From the NCBI GenBank assembly GCA_965248445.1, contig CBDFJG010000004.1, positions 1,248,001-1,312,000 on the forward strand: DNA of 64,000 bases. Reading direction: 5' to 3'. This DNA comes from Planctomycetota bacterium (GTDB lineage Bacteria; Planctomycetota; JAJSAM01; JAJVHW01). The position numbers were made by a program, and so were the translations under genes. A model generated the notes under the pieces. That model saw only the letters and a list, made by a program, of their open reading frames with translations. It was not told where the DNA came from and made no database searches. Positions 41,873 through 51,303 of the stretch are shown one piece after another; position 1 is the stretch's first letter; each line of letters begins with the position of its first letter.

Positions 41873-43541
41873 CCGCATCTGTTCACGAGACGTCGCGATG
41901 ACGGTGCTTTCGGAGTCCACAGGGTCAGATCTTGGCCAGGCGAGGGCGGATGCTGTCGTCGTTGCCACAAGGGCAACGCGAGTGAGCGGCCGAAACGGCG
42001 CGGATTCTGCGGTGTGGGCAGACCGTAGGCCGGGCGGTGGTGTGGCGGACGGCGCGGCGGGACGTCAGGTCGGCTTCGGGGATGCCAGCAGTCGTTGCGC
42101 GCAGCGCTCGAAGACGTGCTGCCAGGGCCACGACGAGGACATCGAGACCCAGATCCGGCGCGTCGTGATCCGCACGAGCGCGCCGATCTTGAGCAGCCGC
42201 AGGCGGATCGTGCCGGCTTGCGCACGCGCCATCTCGGTGCCGGCGAGACCGATGCGTCGCAGCGCACAGGTCAGGACGTAGGCCATGGCCGACATGGCCA
42301 TCCGCACGGCGTTGCCCTGCATCGTGTGCACCGACAGACGGGTGCCGAAGAGCTCGAGCTGCTGCTCCTTGATGCGATTCTCCGCCTCGCCCCGGGCGCA
42401 GTAGAGCTGCTCGTAGAGACGCTTGCTGCTCCAGCTACGAGGCGGCAGATTGGTCACCACGAAGCGGGGATTGCGCTTGCCGCCCGGCAGGTGCTCGGCC
42501 TTGGCGACCACGCGACGCCTCTGGCTCCAGCTCCCCAGCGTGGTCCAGGCAAAGTCGCGAAAGACCCGGGCTGCTCGGCCGGTCTGCACGGCACGGGCTG
42601 CGGCCTCATCGAGCGCGTCTTCGACGTGTCGCTCAAGGCGCTCATTGCGCGCCATGCCCAGCAGGTAGAAGTGGCCGGCGGCCTCGCACCAGGCCATCAG
42701 CTCCTCGCGGCAAAAGCCCGAGTCTGCGCGCACGAGCACCTTGGCCCGGGGCCAGCGGCGCCGCAGACGTAAGACCAGCGCACGGAGCTCGTCCACGACT
42801 CCGCGCGCGGGATCTCTGTCAGCGGTCTGGAGCCGAGCGAGCAAGAGGTGCTCGCCGCAGAAGACGTACAGCGGCAGGTAGCAGTAGTGCCCGTAGTAGC
42901 CGTGGAAGAAGCGGCCCTCCTGCCGGCCGTGCAGCCGCACGTCGGAGTGGTCCAGGTCCAGCACGAGCAGGCCCGGATCCTCCGGCCCCATGGCCTCGCA
43001 GAAGACGTCGCTGAGCACGCTGTCCACGCGCTCCTGGTCCATCTCGATCTTGGCGTAGCGCGTCTGTGCCGTGGCGCCGAGCTGCGTGGTCTCGAGCCGC
43101 GAGAGCGTCGGGTGCGTGGCCAGAGCACCCTCGCGCTTGCCGCACGCCGCGGCAAACAGCGGGTCCTTGCCGACATGGTCGTGGTCCACCAGATCCTCGT
43201 AGCCCGCGCACAGCCCGAAGACCCGCTGACGCAGCATCTGGCCGACCGTGTGCTCGACCCGACGCGGGTCCCGGTGGTCCCCGAAGCAGCGCGCAAACCG
43301 CGAGAGCAGATCGATGCGACGATCGGTCCGCTCGAGCAGCAGCACGCCCCCGTCGCTCGTCACGGTACCGGCGTCGAAGCGCGTCACCGCGGTGCGTCCA
43401 CAGATGCCCGCGAAGAGGGTCCCCTGCGGGCTACAGTCTGTCGTCATCGGGCCGGCGCTCCTGTCGGTGCAAGTACTAGCGAGTACGAGCACTTAGACAG
43501 ACGACGGCCCGCTCAGATTCCCGGCTGGTGAACGATTCGGG
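41873..43541 (-). mobile_element. IS1380-family insertion sequence (1669 bp)
   Basis: Imperfect IRs CCGCATCTGTTCAC / GTGAACGATTCGGG, flanked by CTAG at 41869-41872 and 43542-43545. Confidence 0.9.
42065..43447 (-). CDS. IS1380-family transposase
   Basis: FDAGTVTSDGG, GYEDLVDH, LDLD, HGRQEG.FFHGYY, VRADSGF, YCARGEAENRIKE. Confidence 0.96.
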   Translation of the reverse strand: MTTDCSPQGTLFAGICGRTAVTRFDAGTVTSDGGVLLLERTDRRIDLLSRFARCFGDHRDPRRVEHTVGQMLRQRVFGLCAGYEDLVDHDHVGKDPLFAAACGKREGALATHPTLSRLETTQLGATAQTRYAKIEMDQERVDSVLSDVFCEAMGPEDPGLLVLDLDHSDVRLHGRQEGRFFHGYYGHYCYLPLYVFCGEHLLLARLQTADRDPARGVVDELRALVLRLRRRWPRAKVLVRADSGFCREELMAWCEAAGHFYLLGMARNERLERHVEDALDEAAARAVQTGRAARVFRDFAWTTLGSWSQRRRVVAKAEHLPGGKRNPRFVVTNLPPRSWSSKRLYEQLYCARGEAENRIKEQQLELFGTRLSVHTMQGNAVRMAMSAMAYVLTCALRRIGLAGTEMARAQAGTIRLRLLKIGALVRITTRRIWVSMSSSWPWQHVFERCAQRLLASPKPT

Positions 43542-43736
43542 CTAGAGCGCCCGGGGGTCCGGCGCGAGGCCCGGGCCCGAACTCAGGACGCAGGGCGGCC
43601 GGTCGCACGTTTCCGCAGCAGGGGCAGCTCGGTCACGCCTACCCGGCAGGGCATTGCTCGCAGCCGCCGGGGCGTGCGTCGTAGGCTGCGGGACTGGCCG
43701 CCAGGCGGCCTACAGAACACGATCAGGAGCCATCCG

Positions 43737-44981
43737 ATGGGCGACTTCGCCAGCATCCCCGAGATCCTCGACGAGCTCCGCCAGGGGCGCTTCATCGTCC
43801 TGGTAGACGACCCCAGCCGCGAGAACGAGGGCGACCTGATCCTCGCCGCGGAGAAGGTCACGCCCCAGCACGTGAACTTCATGCTCACCCACGGTCGCGG
43901 CGAGGTCTGCACGACCATGCCCCAGAAGTGGGCGATGCGTCTCGGGCTCGAATTGCAGGTGTCGACGAACACGTCGCCGATGGGCTGCGCGAAGTGCGTC
44001 ACGGTCGACGCCGTCGAGGGCACCTCGACGGGCGTGTCCGCCTCGGACCAGGCGACGAGCATCCGCAAGCTCGCCGACCCGCGTGCGGGTCCGGACGACT
44101 TCAGCCGTCCGGGGCACACGCGCCCGATCCGCGCCCGGCCCGGCGGCGTCCTCGTGCGCACCGGACACACCGAGGGCTGCAGCGACCTCGCGCGCATGGC
44201 CGGGTTCCAGCCGATCGGCGTGCTGTGCGAGATCCTCGACGAGGACGGAGAGCCCCGCCGGCTGCCGTCCCTGCGCGAGTTCGCGGCGCAGCACGACCTC
44301 AAGATGACGACGATCGAGGAGCTGATCCGCTACCGGCGCGAGACCGAGCGCCTGGTGCGCAGGAAGGTGACGACCCGTGTGCCCACCGCGCACGGCGTGT
44401 TCTCGATCCACCTGTACGCGAACGCCGTCGACCGCAACCAGCACATCGCGCTCACCATGGGCATCGACGCGCCGGCGGACGCGGCGCCCGCGGAGGCACA
44501 GGACGACGCGATCCTCGTACGTGTGCACAGCGAGTGCCTGACCGGGGACATCTTCGGGTCGATCCGCTGCGACTGCGGCGCGCAGCTCAACGCTGCGATG
44601 CGCGCGGTCGCCGAAGCCGGACGCGGCGTCGTGCTGTACCTGCGCCAGGAAGGGCGCGGCATCGGCCTCGAGAACAAGCTGCTCGCCTACCGCCTGCAGG
44701 AGCACGGTCTCGACACCGTCGAGGCGAACAAGAAGCTTGGCTTCAAGGCGGATGAACGCGACTACGGCATCGGCGCGCAGATCCTGCACGACTTGGGTGT
44801 GCGGCGCATGCGGCTGATGACGAACAACCCGAAGAAGCTGCAGGCGATCGCCGGGTTCGGACTCGAGCTGGCCGAGCGCGTGCCGCTCGAGATCGCGGCG
44901 ACCGAAGAGAGCGCGGACTACCTGCGCGCCAAACGCGACAAGCTCGGACACCTGCTGCACGGGCTGCCTTCCGAGGCGTAG
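43737..44981 (+). CDS. ribBA: Bifunctional DHBP synthase / GTP cyclohydrolase II
   Basis: DDPSRENEGDL, RTGHTEG, LVRVHSECLTGDIFGSIRCDCG, QEGRGIGL, LMTNNPKK. Confidence 0.97.
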   Translation: MGDFASIPEILDELRQGRFIVLVDDPSRENEGDLILAAEKVTPQHVNFMLTHGRGEVCTTMPQKWAMRLGLELQVSTNTSPMGCAKCVTVDAVEGTSTGVSASDQATSIRKLADPRAGPDDFSRPGHTRPIRARPGGVLVRTGHTEGCSDLARMAGFQPIGVLCEILDEDGEPRRLPSLREFAAQHDLKMTTIEELIRYRRETERLVRRKVTTRVPTAHGVFSIHLYANAVDRNQHIALTMGIDAPADAAPAEAQDDAILVRVHSECLTGDIFGSIRCDCGAQLNAAMRAVAEAGRGVVLYLRQEGRGIGLENKLLAYRLQEHGLDTVEANKKLGFKADERDYGIGAQILHDLGVRRMRLMTNNPKKLQAIAGFGLELAERVPLEIAATEESADYLRAKRDKLGHLLHGLPSEA

Positions 44982-45024
44982 CATCTTGACGGTCGAGAAC
45001 GGCGGGGGGACGGGAGCGAGCGAC

Positions 45025-45393
45025 ATGATCGGAGAGACCGCCGAACTGCTGCTCGCAAACGAGACGTTCTACGAGGCGTTCGCCGCAGGTGACGTCGATG
45101 CGATGGACGGTCTCTGGGCGCGACACACACACGTCGCGTGCGTGCACCCCGGTCACGACGTCCTGACCGGACGGGACGCGGTGATGACGTCGTGGAGGAG
45201 CATCCTCGGCTCGGGCGGCGCGCCGGGATTCCAATGCGAGCGAGCGCACGTGACGTTGCTCGGAGAGGCGGGCTTCGTCACCTGCATCGAGCGCCTCGGC
45301 CAGGGCCGGCTGATCGCAACGAACGTCTTCGCGCGCGAGGACGGCGAGTGGCGCATGGTCCACCACCACGCCGACCCGCTTCCGCCCGCCTGA
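45025..45393 (+). CDS. SnoaL/NTF2-like protein
   Basis: ANETFYEAF, CVHPG, ATNVF, WRMVHHHA. Confidence 0.85.
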   Translation: MIGETAELLLANETFYEAFAAGDVDAMDGLWARHTHVACVHPGHDVLTGRDAVMTSWRSILGSGGAPGFQCERAHVTLLGEAGFVTCIERLGQGRLIATNVFAREDGEWRMVHHHADPLPPA

Positions 45394-45473
45394 CCTCGGG
45401 CTGAGCACGTCCTCCGCCCGACTCGGAATGACGCTCGCATCGGCATCGCGCCCCCCGGTAGGCTCCGCACAGC

Positions 45474-45620
45474 ATGAAGTTGGAAGGAGTTCCGCTCGAG
45501 AAGCACCGGACGCGCCTGCGTTCGGGATTCTCGCTTCTCGCGGTTCTCGCCGCGGTCTCCGTGGTCGAGTTGCTCGTGGTGCTCGTGGTGGGGCACCAGA
45601 TGTTCGGCTTGACCTACTGA
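45474..45620 (+). CDS. 48-aa single-TM protein with prepilin-like GF motif
   Basis: MKLEGVPLEKHRTRLRSGFSLLAVLAAVSVVELLVVLVVGHQMFGLTY*; ends 7 nt before the next gene; below the track's length cutoff. Confidence 0.5.
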   Translation: MKLEGVPLEKHRTRLRSGFSLLAVLAAVSVVELLVVLVVGHQMFGLTY

Positions 45621-45627
45621 GGGCGTC

Positions 45628-46452
45628 GTGAACGGCCTAGCCGTCACGATCCTCGGAGCGGGGACCGCGGTACCCACACTCGGGCGTTTCCCCGCCGGCG
45701 TTCTCGTCGCAGGCGGCGGCGCGCGCATCCTCATCGACTGCGGTCCCGGCGTGCTGCGTCGCTTGCCGGAAGTCGGGATCGGTCTGGAGCAGATCGACGC
45801 CGTGCTGCTGACGCACCGGCACCTGGATCACAACGCGGATCTCGCAGCACTCCTGTTCGCGCTGCAGAACCCGCGGTACGAGGGACGCAAGCCGCTCCAC
45901 GTGCGCGGCGCCGCATGGCTGACGGAGTACCTCGCGGGAATCCGCGCCGCGTGGCCCAAGTGGACCGAGCCGCGCGGGTACGAACTCGACGTCGCGACGA
46001 TCGGTGCCGGAGCGTTCGAGCTGTGCGGACTGACGATCACCGCGGTCCCCGTCACGCACAGCGAAGGATCCCTCGCGTACCGCATCGAGCATGCTGGACG
46101 CTCGGTCGCGGTCAGCGGTGACGCCGACGCGCTCGATGGACTCGCCGACGTCGCGCGCGGAGTCGACGTCTTCGTGTGCGAGGCGGCGGTGCCCGAGAGC
46201 GAACGGCGGGGCCGGCACCTGAGCGCTGAGCTGGCCGGACGGGCGGCCCGCGAGGCGGGCTGTAAGACGCTGTGCCTGACCCACCTCTATCCGGAGTGCA
46301 CCGGGCTCCCCTCGGCCGATCTCGCCGCCGAGGCCTTCCCCGGCGAAATCGTGGTGGCCCGGGACCTCCTCCGATTCGATCTGGCTCCGCTTCGATCTGA
46401 CGGCCCGCAGGGGCTCGAAGTGAGCCTGCCGCCGAGGCTCCGCCGCTCGTAG
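45628..46452 (+). CDS. MBL-fold hydrolase, RNase Z/BN-like
   Basis: ILGAGTAVP, LIDCGPG, LTHRHLDHNAD, SGDA, HLS, LTHLYP. Confidence 0.88.
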   Translation: MNGLAVTILGAGTAVPTLGRFPAGVLVAGGGARILIDCGPGVLRRLPEVGIGLEQIDAVLLTHRHLDHNADLAALLFALQNPRYEGRKPLHVRGAAWLTEYLAGIRAAWPKWTEPRGYELDVATIGAGAFELCGLTITAVPVTHSEGSLAYRIEHAGRSVAVSGDADALDGLADVARGVDVFVCEAAVPESERRGRHLSAELAGRAAREAGCKTLCLTHLYPECTGLPSADLAAEAFPGEIVVARDLLRFDLAPLRSDGPQGLEVSLPPRLRRS

Positions 46453-46462
46453 AGCGGAGTAG

Positions 46463-46490
46463 GGAAGATGACCAGCGATGGGACGTCCAA
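46463..46490 (+). promoter_or_regulatory. Candidate ECF-type promoter upstream of the ECF sigma gene
   Basis: GGAAGA-N16-GTCCAA, resembling the GGAAC...GTC ECF consensus. Confidence 0.45.
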
Positions 46491-46526
46491 CGAAGCGCCC
46501 CACGATCTGCGACGCGGAGGAAACGG

Positions 46527-47078
46527 GTGAAGGACGCCGAGCTCGTCGTCGCCGCCCGCAAAGGCGACGGCGCCGCCTTCGCTGAGCTGGTCGACCGGTA
46601 CGAGGAGAGAGTTCTCCGCCTCGTCCGGGGGATGGTCCCGGTGGCGGATGTGGAGGACGTGGCCCAGGAGGCGCTCCTCAAGGCGTACCGGAAGCTGGCC
46701 CTCTTCGATGGGCGGTCGTCGTTCTACACCTGGCTCTACCGGCTCACGGCCAACACGGCCATGGACTGGCGGAAGAAGGAGGCACGGCGGCGTCACGCTC
46801 CGCTGCCCGAGGGCGCGGAAGGACAGGACCTGCTCCCCGGACGCAGCCCGACACCCGCGGCACGGGCGGCCCAGCGAGAGCTCGGCCGGTTGATCGACGA
46901 AGCGATCGCGTCCCTCTCGCCGCAGCACCACGAGATCCTCATGCTCCGTGAGGTGCAGGGACTCGCCTACGACGACATCGCACAGGCGCTCGACATCAGC
47001 AAGGGGACCGTGGAGTCCCGGCTGTTCCGGGCGCGGGAACACCTCCGCCGAACACTGAGACCGCAGCTCGAAGAGTAA
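46527..47078 (+). CDS. ECF RNA polymerase sigma factor (RpoE-like)
   Basis: AFAELVDRY, EDVAQEA, SSFYTWLYR, YDDIAQALDISKGTVESRLFRAR. Confidence 0.95.
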   Translation: MKDAELVVAARKGDGAAFAELVDRYEERVLRLVRGMVPVADVEDVAQEALLKAYRKLALFDGRSSFYTWLYRLTANTAMDWRKKEARRRHAPLPEGAEGQDLLPGRSPTPAARAAQRELGRLIDEAIASLSPQHHEILMLREVQGLAYDDIAQALDISKGTVESRLFRAREHLRRTLRPQLEE

Positions 47079-47085
47079 GAACCGC

Positions 47086-47568
47086 ATGAACAACAACGCG
47101 CCCCCCACCGATCCGCACTGGCCCACCGATCCGCGCTGCGAACGCGTGCGACTCTTGCTGTCGCTCGCGATCGACAGGGCCGCAACGCCGCAGCAGCAGC
47201 GCGAAATCGACGACCACCTGCCCGCGTGCGCGGGCTGCCGCACGTCGACGCTCGCCGACCGCGCCGTGCGTGTGCGCCTGCAGGAGCCGGCCGTCGTACC
47301 GGCCGGGTTCAAGGAGCGCGTCCTCGCCGCGATCACGCGACAAGCGGCGGTCGCGCGCTCCCAGAACCGCTTCCTGATGGCCGGTGCGGCTGCGGCCGTG
47401 GTCATCGCCGCCCTATCCGTGGCGCTGCTCCGTCCCGACGGCAGCGGCGACGGCGACGGCGAAGGCGAGACAGTCGCGGCGCAGGACGAGCGCGTGCTCG
47501 TGCGGGACGCCGTCACCGTCTCGTTCGCTGCGGGACGTGTTGCAGCTCCCACGAAGGAGAACCGCTGA
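47086..47568 (+). CDS. zf-HC2 anti-sigma factor with TM helix
   Basis: CERVRLLLS...HLPACAGC, then a hydrophobic helix. Confidence 0.88.
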   Translation: MNNNAPPTDPHWPTDPRCERVRLLLSLAIDRAATPQQQREIDDHLPACAGCRTSTLADRAVRVRLQEPAVVPAGFKERVLAAITRQAAVARSQNRFLMAGAAAAVVIAALSVALLRPDGSGDGDGEGETVAAQDERVLVRDAVTVSFAAGRVAAPTKENR

Positions 47569-47936
47569 TGCTTGCCGACAAGATGATCCTGTCCTCCACG
47601 CTGCTCGTGGCGTTCGCCTCGGGCGGGGCCGTGGGATACGCGCTGAACGACGGCCCGGCTGCGGACGATCGCAACCCCTACGCGGCCCGCATGGTCTTCA
47701 ACGAGCAGATCACGGAGCTGCAGGCCAAGGGCTACGAGAAGGCCGAGGCCGACGACGCTGTCGACGCGTACACCGACTACCTCCGCGAGTACCAGAAGTG
47801 GTGGGATGCGTTCGCCGAGAGCCACGGCGCCAACCTCGACCTCGTGGACGAGGAACTGCGGGAGCGGCTGGCAGAGGTCGAGGCCAGGTACCGCACACGG
47901 ACGGGCGGTCCGGACTCGGGAAACGACAAGAAGTGA
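47568..47936 (+). CDS. Hypothetical membrane-anchored protein
   Basis: AAGGAG RBS, TGATG overlap; MLADKMILSSTLLVAFASGGAVGY, then helical. Confidence 0.75.
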   Translation: MLADKMILSSTLLVAFASGGAVGYALNDGPAADDRNPYAARMVFNEQITELQAKGYEKAEADDAVDAYTDYLREYQKWWDAFAESHGANLDLVDEELRERLAEVEARYRTRTGGPDSGNDKK

Positions 47937-48031
47937 GACACCCCGCGCCAGTGCTGGACAGCGACCGGCCGGACCGGGAGCCTCGCGCGCTGCAATGGGC
48001 CCCGAGGGGCCGGGAAGGGAGCCGCTAGAGC

Positions 48032-49819
48032 ATGGCCAAGGCCGTCGGAATCGATATCGGAGCACGCGCCGTCAAGCTCGCCGTCGTGGACGGCGGCCCC
48101 AAGGGCGCCAAGCTCCTGCGCTTCGTGGAGCGGCCCTACGAGACCGAGGGCGCTCCCACCCAGACGGAGATCCTCGACGCGCTCAAGAAGGCGCTCGCGG
48201 CGGCCAAGGCACCCAAGAACGCTGCGTGCTTCGCGATGCCCGCGGAGCGCTGCGTGCTGCGCGAGGTCTCCGTGCCGTTCACGCAGGACGATCAGATCGC
48301 GAAGGTCGTCAAGTTCGAGTTCGAGCCGCACCTTCACAGCGCCGCGATCGAGGACGTGATCGTGGACTACATCACGACCGGCCCGTCGCGCACCGGGACA
48401 CGCCTGCTCGTCATGGCGTGCATCAAGACGAATCTGAGCCAGCTGCTCGACGAGCTGAAGCAGGCCGGCATCGATCCGCTGCACGTCGACGTCGATGTCG
48501 CCGCGCTGTGGAACGTCGCCGCGGCCGCCGGCGTGACCGCCGCCGATCCGAACTGCCTCATCCTCGACGTCGGCGCGCGCACCACGAAGACGCTGCTCGT
48601 GCAGGACGGCCTGCTCAAGGTCGCCCGTTCGATCCGCATCGGATCCGACAGCGCGCGCAAGCGCCTGACCACCGACTTCGAGGGCGATGCGGCCGAGGCC
48701 GAGAAGGCGCTCGAGGCCGCCTCCGGCGTCGAGGCGCTGGCGGCGCCCGTCGAGGTGGCCGGCACGCTCGAGATCGTCCACTCCGTCGGCGCCATCGAGA
48801 CCGCGGTGGCAAAGTCGCGCGCCGACCAGTTCCTGAGGCGCGTTGTGCGCGAAACGCAGCGCACGCTCCCGATGATGGGAGACGAGTCCGCAATCACGCG
48901 CATCTACGTCACGGGCGGAGGCATCGCTGACCACCCGAACACGCGCCACGAACTCGAAGAGCGCTTCGGCGTGCCGGTCGTGGATCTGCCCGTGCAAGAC
49001 GCGGTCGGCCATGACCTGCCGCCGTCCGAGGCCGAGGACCTGCGCCGTTCGGGCGCCGTCGCCGTCGGCACCGCTCTCAAGGTGCTCGGCATCGATGTCG
49101 CCGACATCGATCTGCGCCAGGACGAGTTCCGCTTCGCCCGCACATTCGACCAGCTCAAGAACGTGCTCGCCTTCGGCGTCACGTTCGCGTTCTTCGCCGT
49201 GTTCCTGCTCTTCCTCGCAACCTTTATGAAGAAGCAGCGGCTCGACCTTGAACTCGAGAAGCTCGTCAAAGCGACACACGAGAAGCTCGACGCCGAGGTG
49301 TTCCAGGCCTACCGCGAAAACGTCAGCGACGCACGTCCGCTGATGATCTCGCAGGACCCGCAGAAGTACTTCCAGACGGCCGAGTCGTCGATCAAGAAGA
49401 TCAACAACCACCTCGAAAACGAACTGGGGCTCGGCACGTCGGTGCCGCCCGTGATCTCGGCACTCGAGATCCAGCAGGCGGTCATGGCGAGCCTCAAGGC
49501 GGTGCGCGGCAAGGTCGAGTTCCTGGCGATCAAGTCGGAGGACTACGACCAGGAGAAGGCGACCGTGTCCGTGATCGTCGGGCAGTTGCAGGACATCGAC
49601 ACGATCGTCACGGAGCTGAGCAAGCACACGCCCGAGAAGGGCGGCACGCTGTTCGAGAGCGTGGACAACCAGCCACCCCGCCCGACCAAGCTGCAGCGTT
49701 ACGACGTGCCGATCCGGCTGACGATCGCAGCGCGCGATTCGGAGCCGGCGGAGGACACGGGCGCACTCGAGCCGGACGGCACGCGAGAAGTCGACACGGC
49801 GAAAGGCGGTGGCAAGTGA
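48032..49819 (+). CDS. PilM-like actin-fold domain plus TM and periplasmic domain (PilM-PilN fusion / GspL-like)
   Basis: VGIDIGARAVK, ILDVGARTT, IYVTGGG, VAVGTALK, IDLRQDEF, TM helix, periplasmic tail. Confidence 0.82.
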   Translation: MAKAVGIDIGARAVKLAVVDGGPKGAKLLRFVERPYETEGAPTQTEILDALKKALAAAKAPKNAACFAMPAERCVLREVSVPFTQDDQIAKVVKFEFEPHLHSAAIEDVIVDYITTGPSRTGTRLLVMACIKTNLSQLLDELKQAGIDPLHVDVDVAALWNVAAAAGVTAADPNCLILDVGARTTKTLLVQDGLLKVARSIRIGSDSARKRLTTDFEGDAAEAEKALEAASGVEALAAPVEVAGTLEIVHSVGAIETAVAKSRADQFLRRVVRETQRTLPMMGDESAITRIYVTGGGIADHPNTRHELEERFGVPVVDLPVQDAVGHDLPPSEAEDLRRSGAVAVGTALKVLGIDVADIDLRQDEFRFARTFDQLKNVLAFGVTFAFFAVFLLFLATFMKKQRLDLELEKLVKATHEKLDAEVFQAYRENVSDARPLMISQDPQKYFQTAESSIKKINNHLENELGLGTSVPPVISALEIQQAVMASLKAVRGKVEFLAIKSEDYDQEKATVSVIVGQLQDIDTIVTELSKHTPEKGGTLFESVDNQPPRPTKLQRYDVPIRLTIAARDSEPAEDTGALEPDGTREVDTAKGGGK

Positions 49820-50382
49820 AGGCCGAACGCACCGAAGTCGGCGACGACATGGATCTCGTCAAGGTCTACATCTGGCTCATGGCCGCGCTCAGCGTCGGCT
49901 TGGGCGGCGTGCTCTGGTACTTCAGCGGGCAGGTCGACCAGACGGACAAGCTCGTTAACACGGCGCGCAAGAAGATGGACGCGTTCTCCGACCAGAAGGA
50001 GGACGTGCTCGCGATGCTCAACGTGTTCACGAACAACCAGGAAGAGCAGGCGCGCGAGCACCCGATGACCTGGTTCCCTCGACGCTGGCAGCGCAAGGGC
50101 ATCTCCGACCAGTCCGTCCGTCCGGGCGCCTGGGTCGAGAAGTACTACCCGCGCGGCAACTTCGACGAGCACCGCATCGAGTTCAAGTTCGACAACAAGA
50201 AGCCGCTCAGCCGCCAGCACATCGGTGAGTTCGCACACGCCATCGAGCGCGACAGCACGCGCCTGCGCATCATCGAGATGAAGATGCGCCGCGCCTCCGG
50301 AGCCCGCAACGAGGAGTACAAGCCGGAGGACTGGTCCGGCGAGATCGTCGTCGGCTACCGCAAGGCACGCATTCGCGAGTAG
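49816..50382 (+). CDS. Bitopic membrane protein, PilO/GspM-like by position
   Basis: N-terminal TM, coiled coil, small C-terminal domain; overlaps the preceding stop. Confidence 0.6.
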   Translation: MKAERTEVGDDMDLVKVYIWLMAALSVGLGGVLWYFSGQVDQTDKLVNTARKKMDAFSDQKEDVLAMLNVFTNNQEEQAREHPMTWFPRRWQRKGISDQSVRPGAWVEKYYPRGNFDEHRIEFKFDNKKPLSRQHIGEFAHAIERDSTRLRIIEMKMRRASGARNEEYKPEDWSGEIVVGYRKARIRE

Positions 50383-50424
50383 TCACTCGAGACCGGCGTC
50401 GATCGACGCGCGAGTCGTGCGGCG

Positions 50425-51132
50425 CTACGCTCGCGCCAGGAGTCCGCTCGCGACGAGTCCGTCCAGTTCCCGCACGAACCCTCGGACCCGCGGCACTCGC
50501 AGCGCGAGCGCGAAGGGTGCAAGTGACCGCTCCATCAGTCCGATGAGCTTGCGTGTGACGGATTGACCGCGGCTGCGGTCGAGGAGCCACCAGAGGATCG
50601 CGCCCAGGTGCACGAGGTACAGCACCCGGCCGAGCGCCGCCCCGGTTGCGCCGCGAGGTGCGTCCTTGGCCCCGGTGACGGCCCGCACGAAGGCTCCCTC
50701 GACCCGGGCGCGCGATGTCGCAGTCGACGCCGCGAAGAGCCCTTCGTCGGAGGTGCTGACGAGGAGCGGCACCAGCGCGCGCAGCGTGTCCCTGTGCGGG
50801 CCGAGCACCTCGAGACTCGCGCGTAGCGCCGTCCCGAATCGCTTCCGCCAGCTCCCGGCCGGCAAGCCCTGCGTGCGGTCGGCGAAGACGGCTGAGAGCT
50901 CATCATACAGCGCGAGCACGACGGCCCGCTTGCTCGGGAAGTAGCGGTAGAGGAGCCCCGGACTCACGTCGGCTCGTCGGGCGATGGCCCGGAGCGTCGT
51001 CCGCTGGTAGCCGTCGTCCGCAAAGAGCCGGATCGCGGTCTCGTACAGCCTCCGGCTGGTGGCCGCGCTCTTCAGGCTCGGGCCCCGTGGGCGGCCGGGA
51101 CCGCGGCTCCCGGGCGGATTTCGGGACGCCAC
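50425..51132 (-). CDS. TetR-family regulator
   Basis: LYETAIRLFADDGYQRTTLRAIARRADVSPGLLYRYFPSK. GTG 51132 is preferred because the track's start lies inside the operator. Confidence 0.92.
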   Translation of the reverse strand: MASRNPPGSRGPGRPRGPSLKSAATSRRLYETAIRLFADDGYQRTTLRAIARRADVSPGLLYRYFPSKRAVVLALYDELSAVFADRTQGLPAGSWRKRFGTALRASLEVLGPHRDTLRALVPLLVSTSDEGLFAASTATSRARVEGAFVRAVTGAKDAPRGATGAALGRVLYLVHLGAILWWLLDRSRGQSVTRKLIGLMERSLAPFALALRVPRVRGFVRELDGLVASGLLARA

Positions 51133-51149
51133 GGCCTGACCCGGAGTGT

Positions 51150-51173
51150 TATAACTAAACATGTTCACTTATA
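51150..51173. promoter_or_regulatory. Putative TetR operator in a divergent promoter
   Basis: TATAACTAAACA|TGTTCACTTATA, a 10/12 inverted repeat; AT-rich, with TATAAC on both strands. Confidence 0.7.
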
Positions 51174-51303
51174 TTGTCACAGCCGCGGACCGATGCCAAG
51201 GACGAAAGCGGGAGGTGAGAGATGAAGATCGTGATACCGGGAGGTAGCGGCCACATCGGGCAGGTGCTGGCACCGGCGCTCCGCGCACGCGGGCACGAGA
51301 TAG

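Noticed and set aside
43546..43736. FMN riboswitch upstream of ribBA
   Set aside because: The conserved AGGGCGGGGTGAAATTCCCGACCGGCGGT-type core is not recognisable; only a partial CAGGGCGG is present. An Rfam scan would settle it.
47777..49627. 616-aa minus-strand ORF (likewise 17275..19203 and 55785..57614)
   Set aside because: Antisense shadows of well-supported genes.
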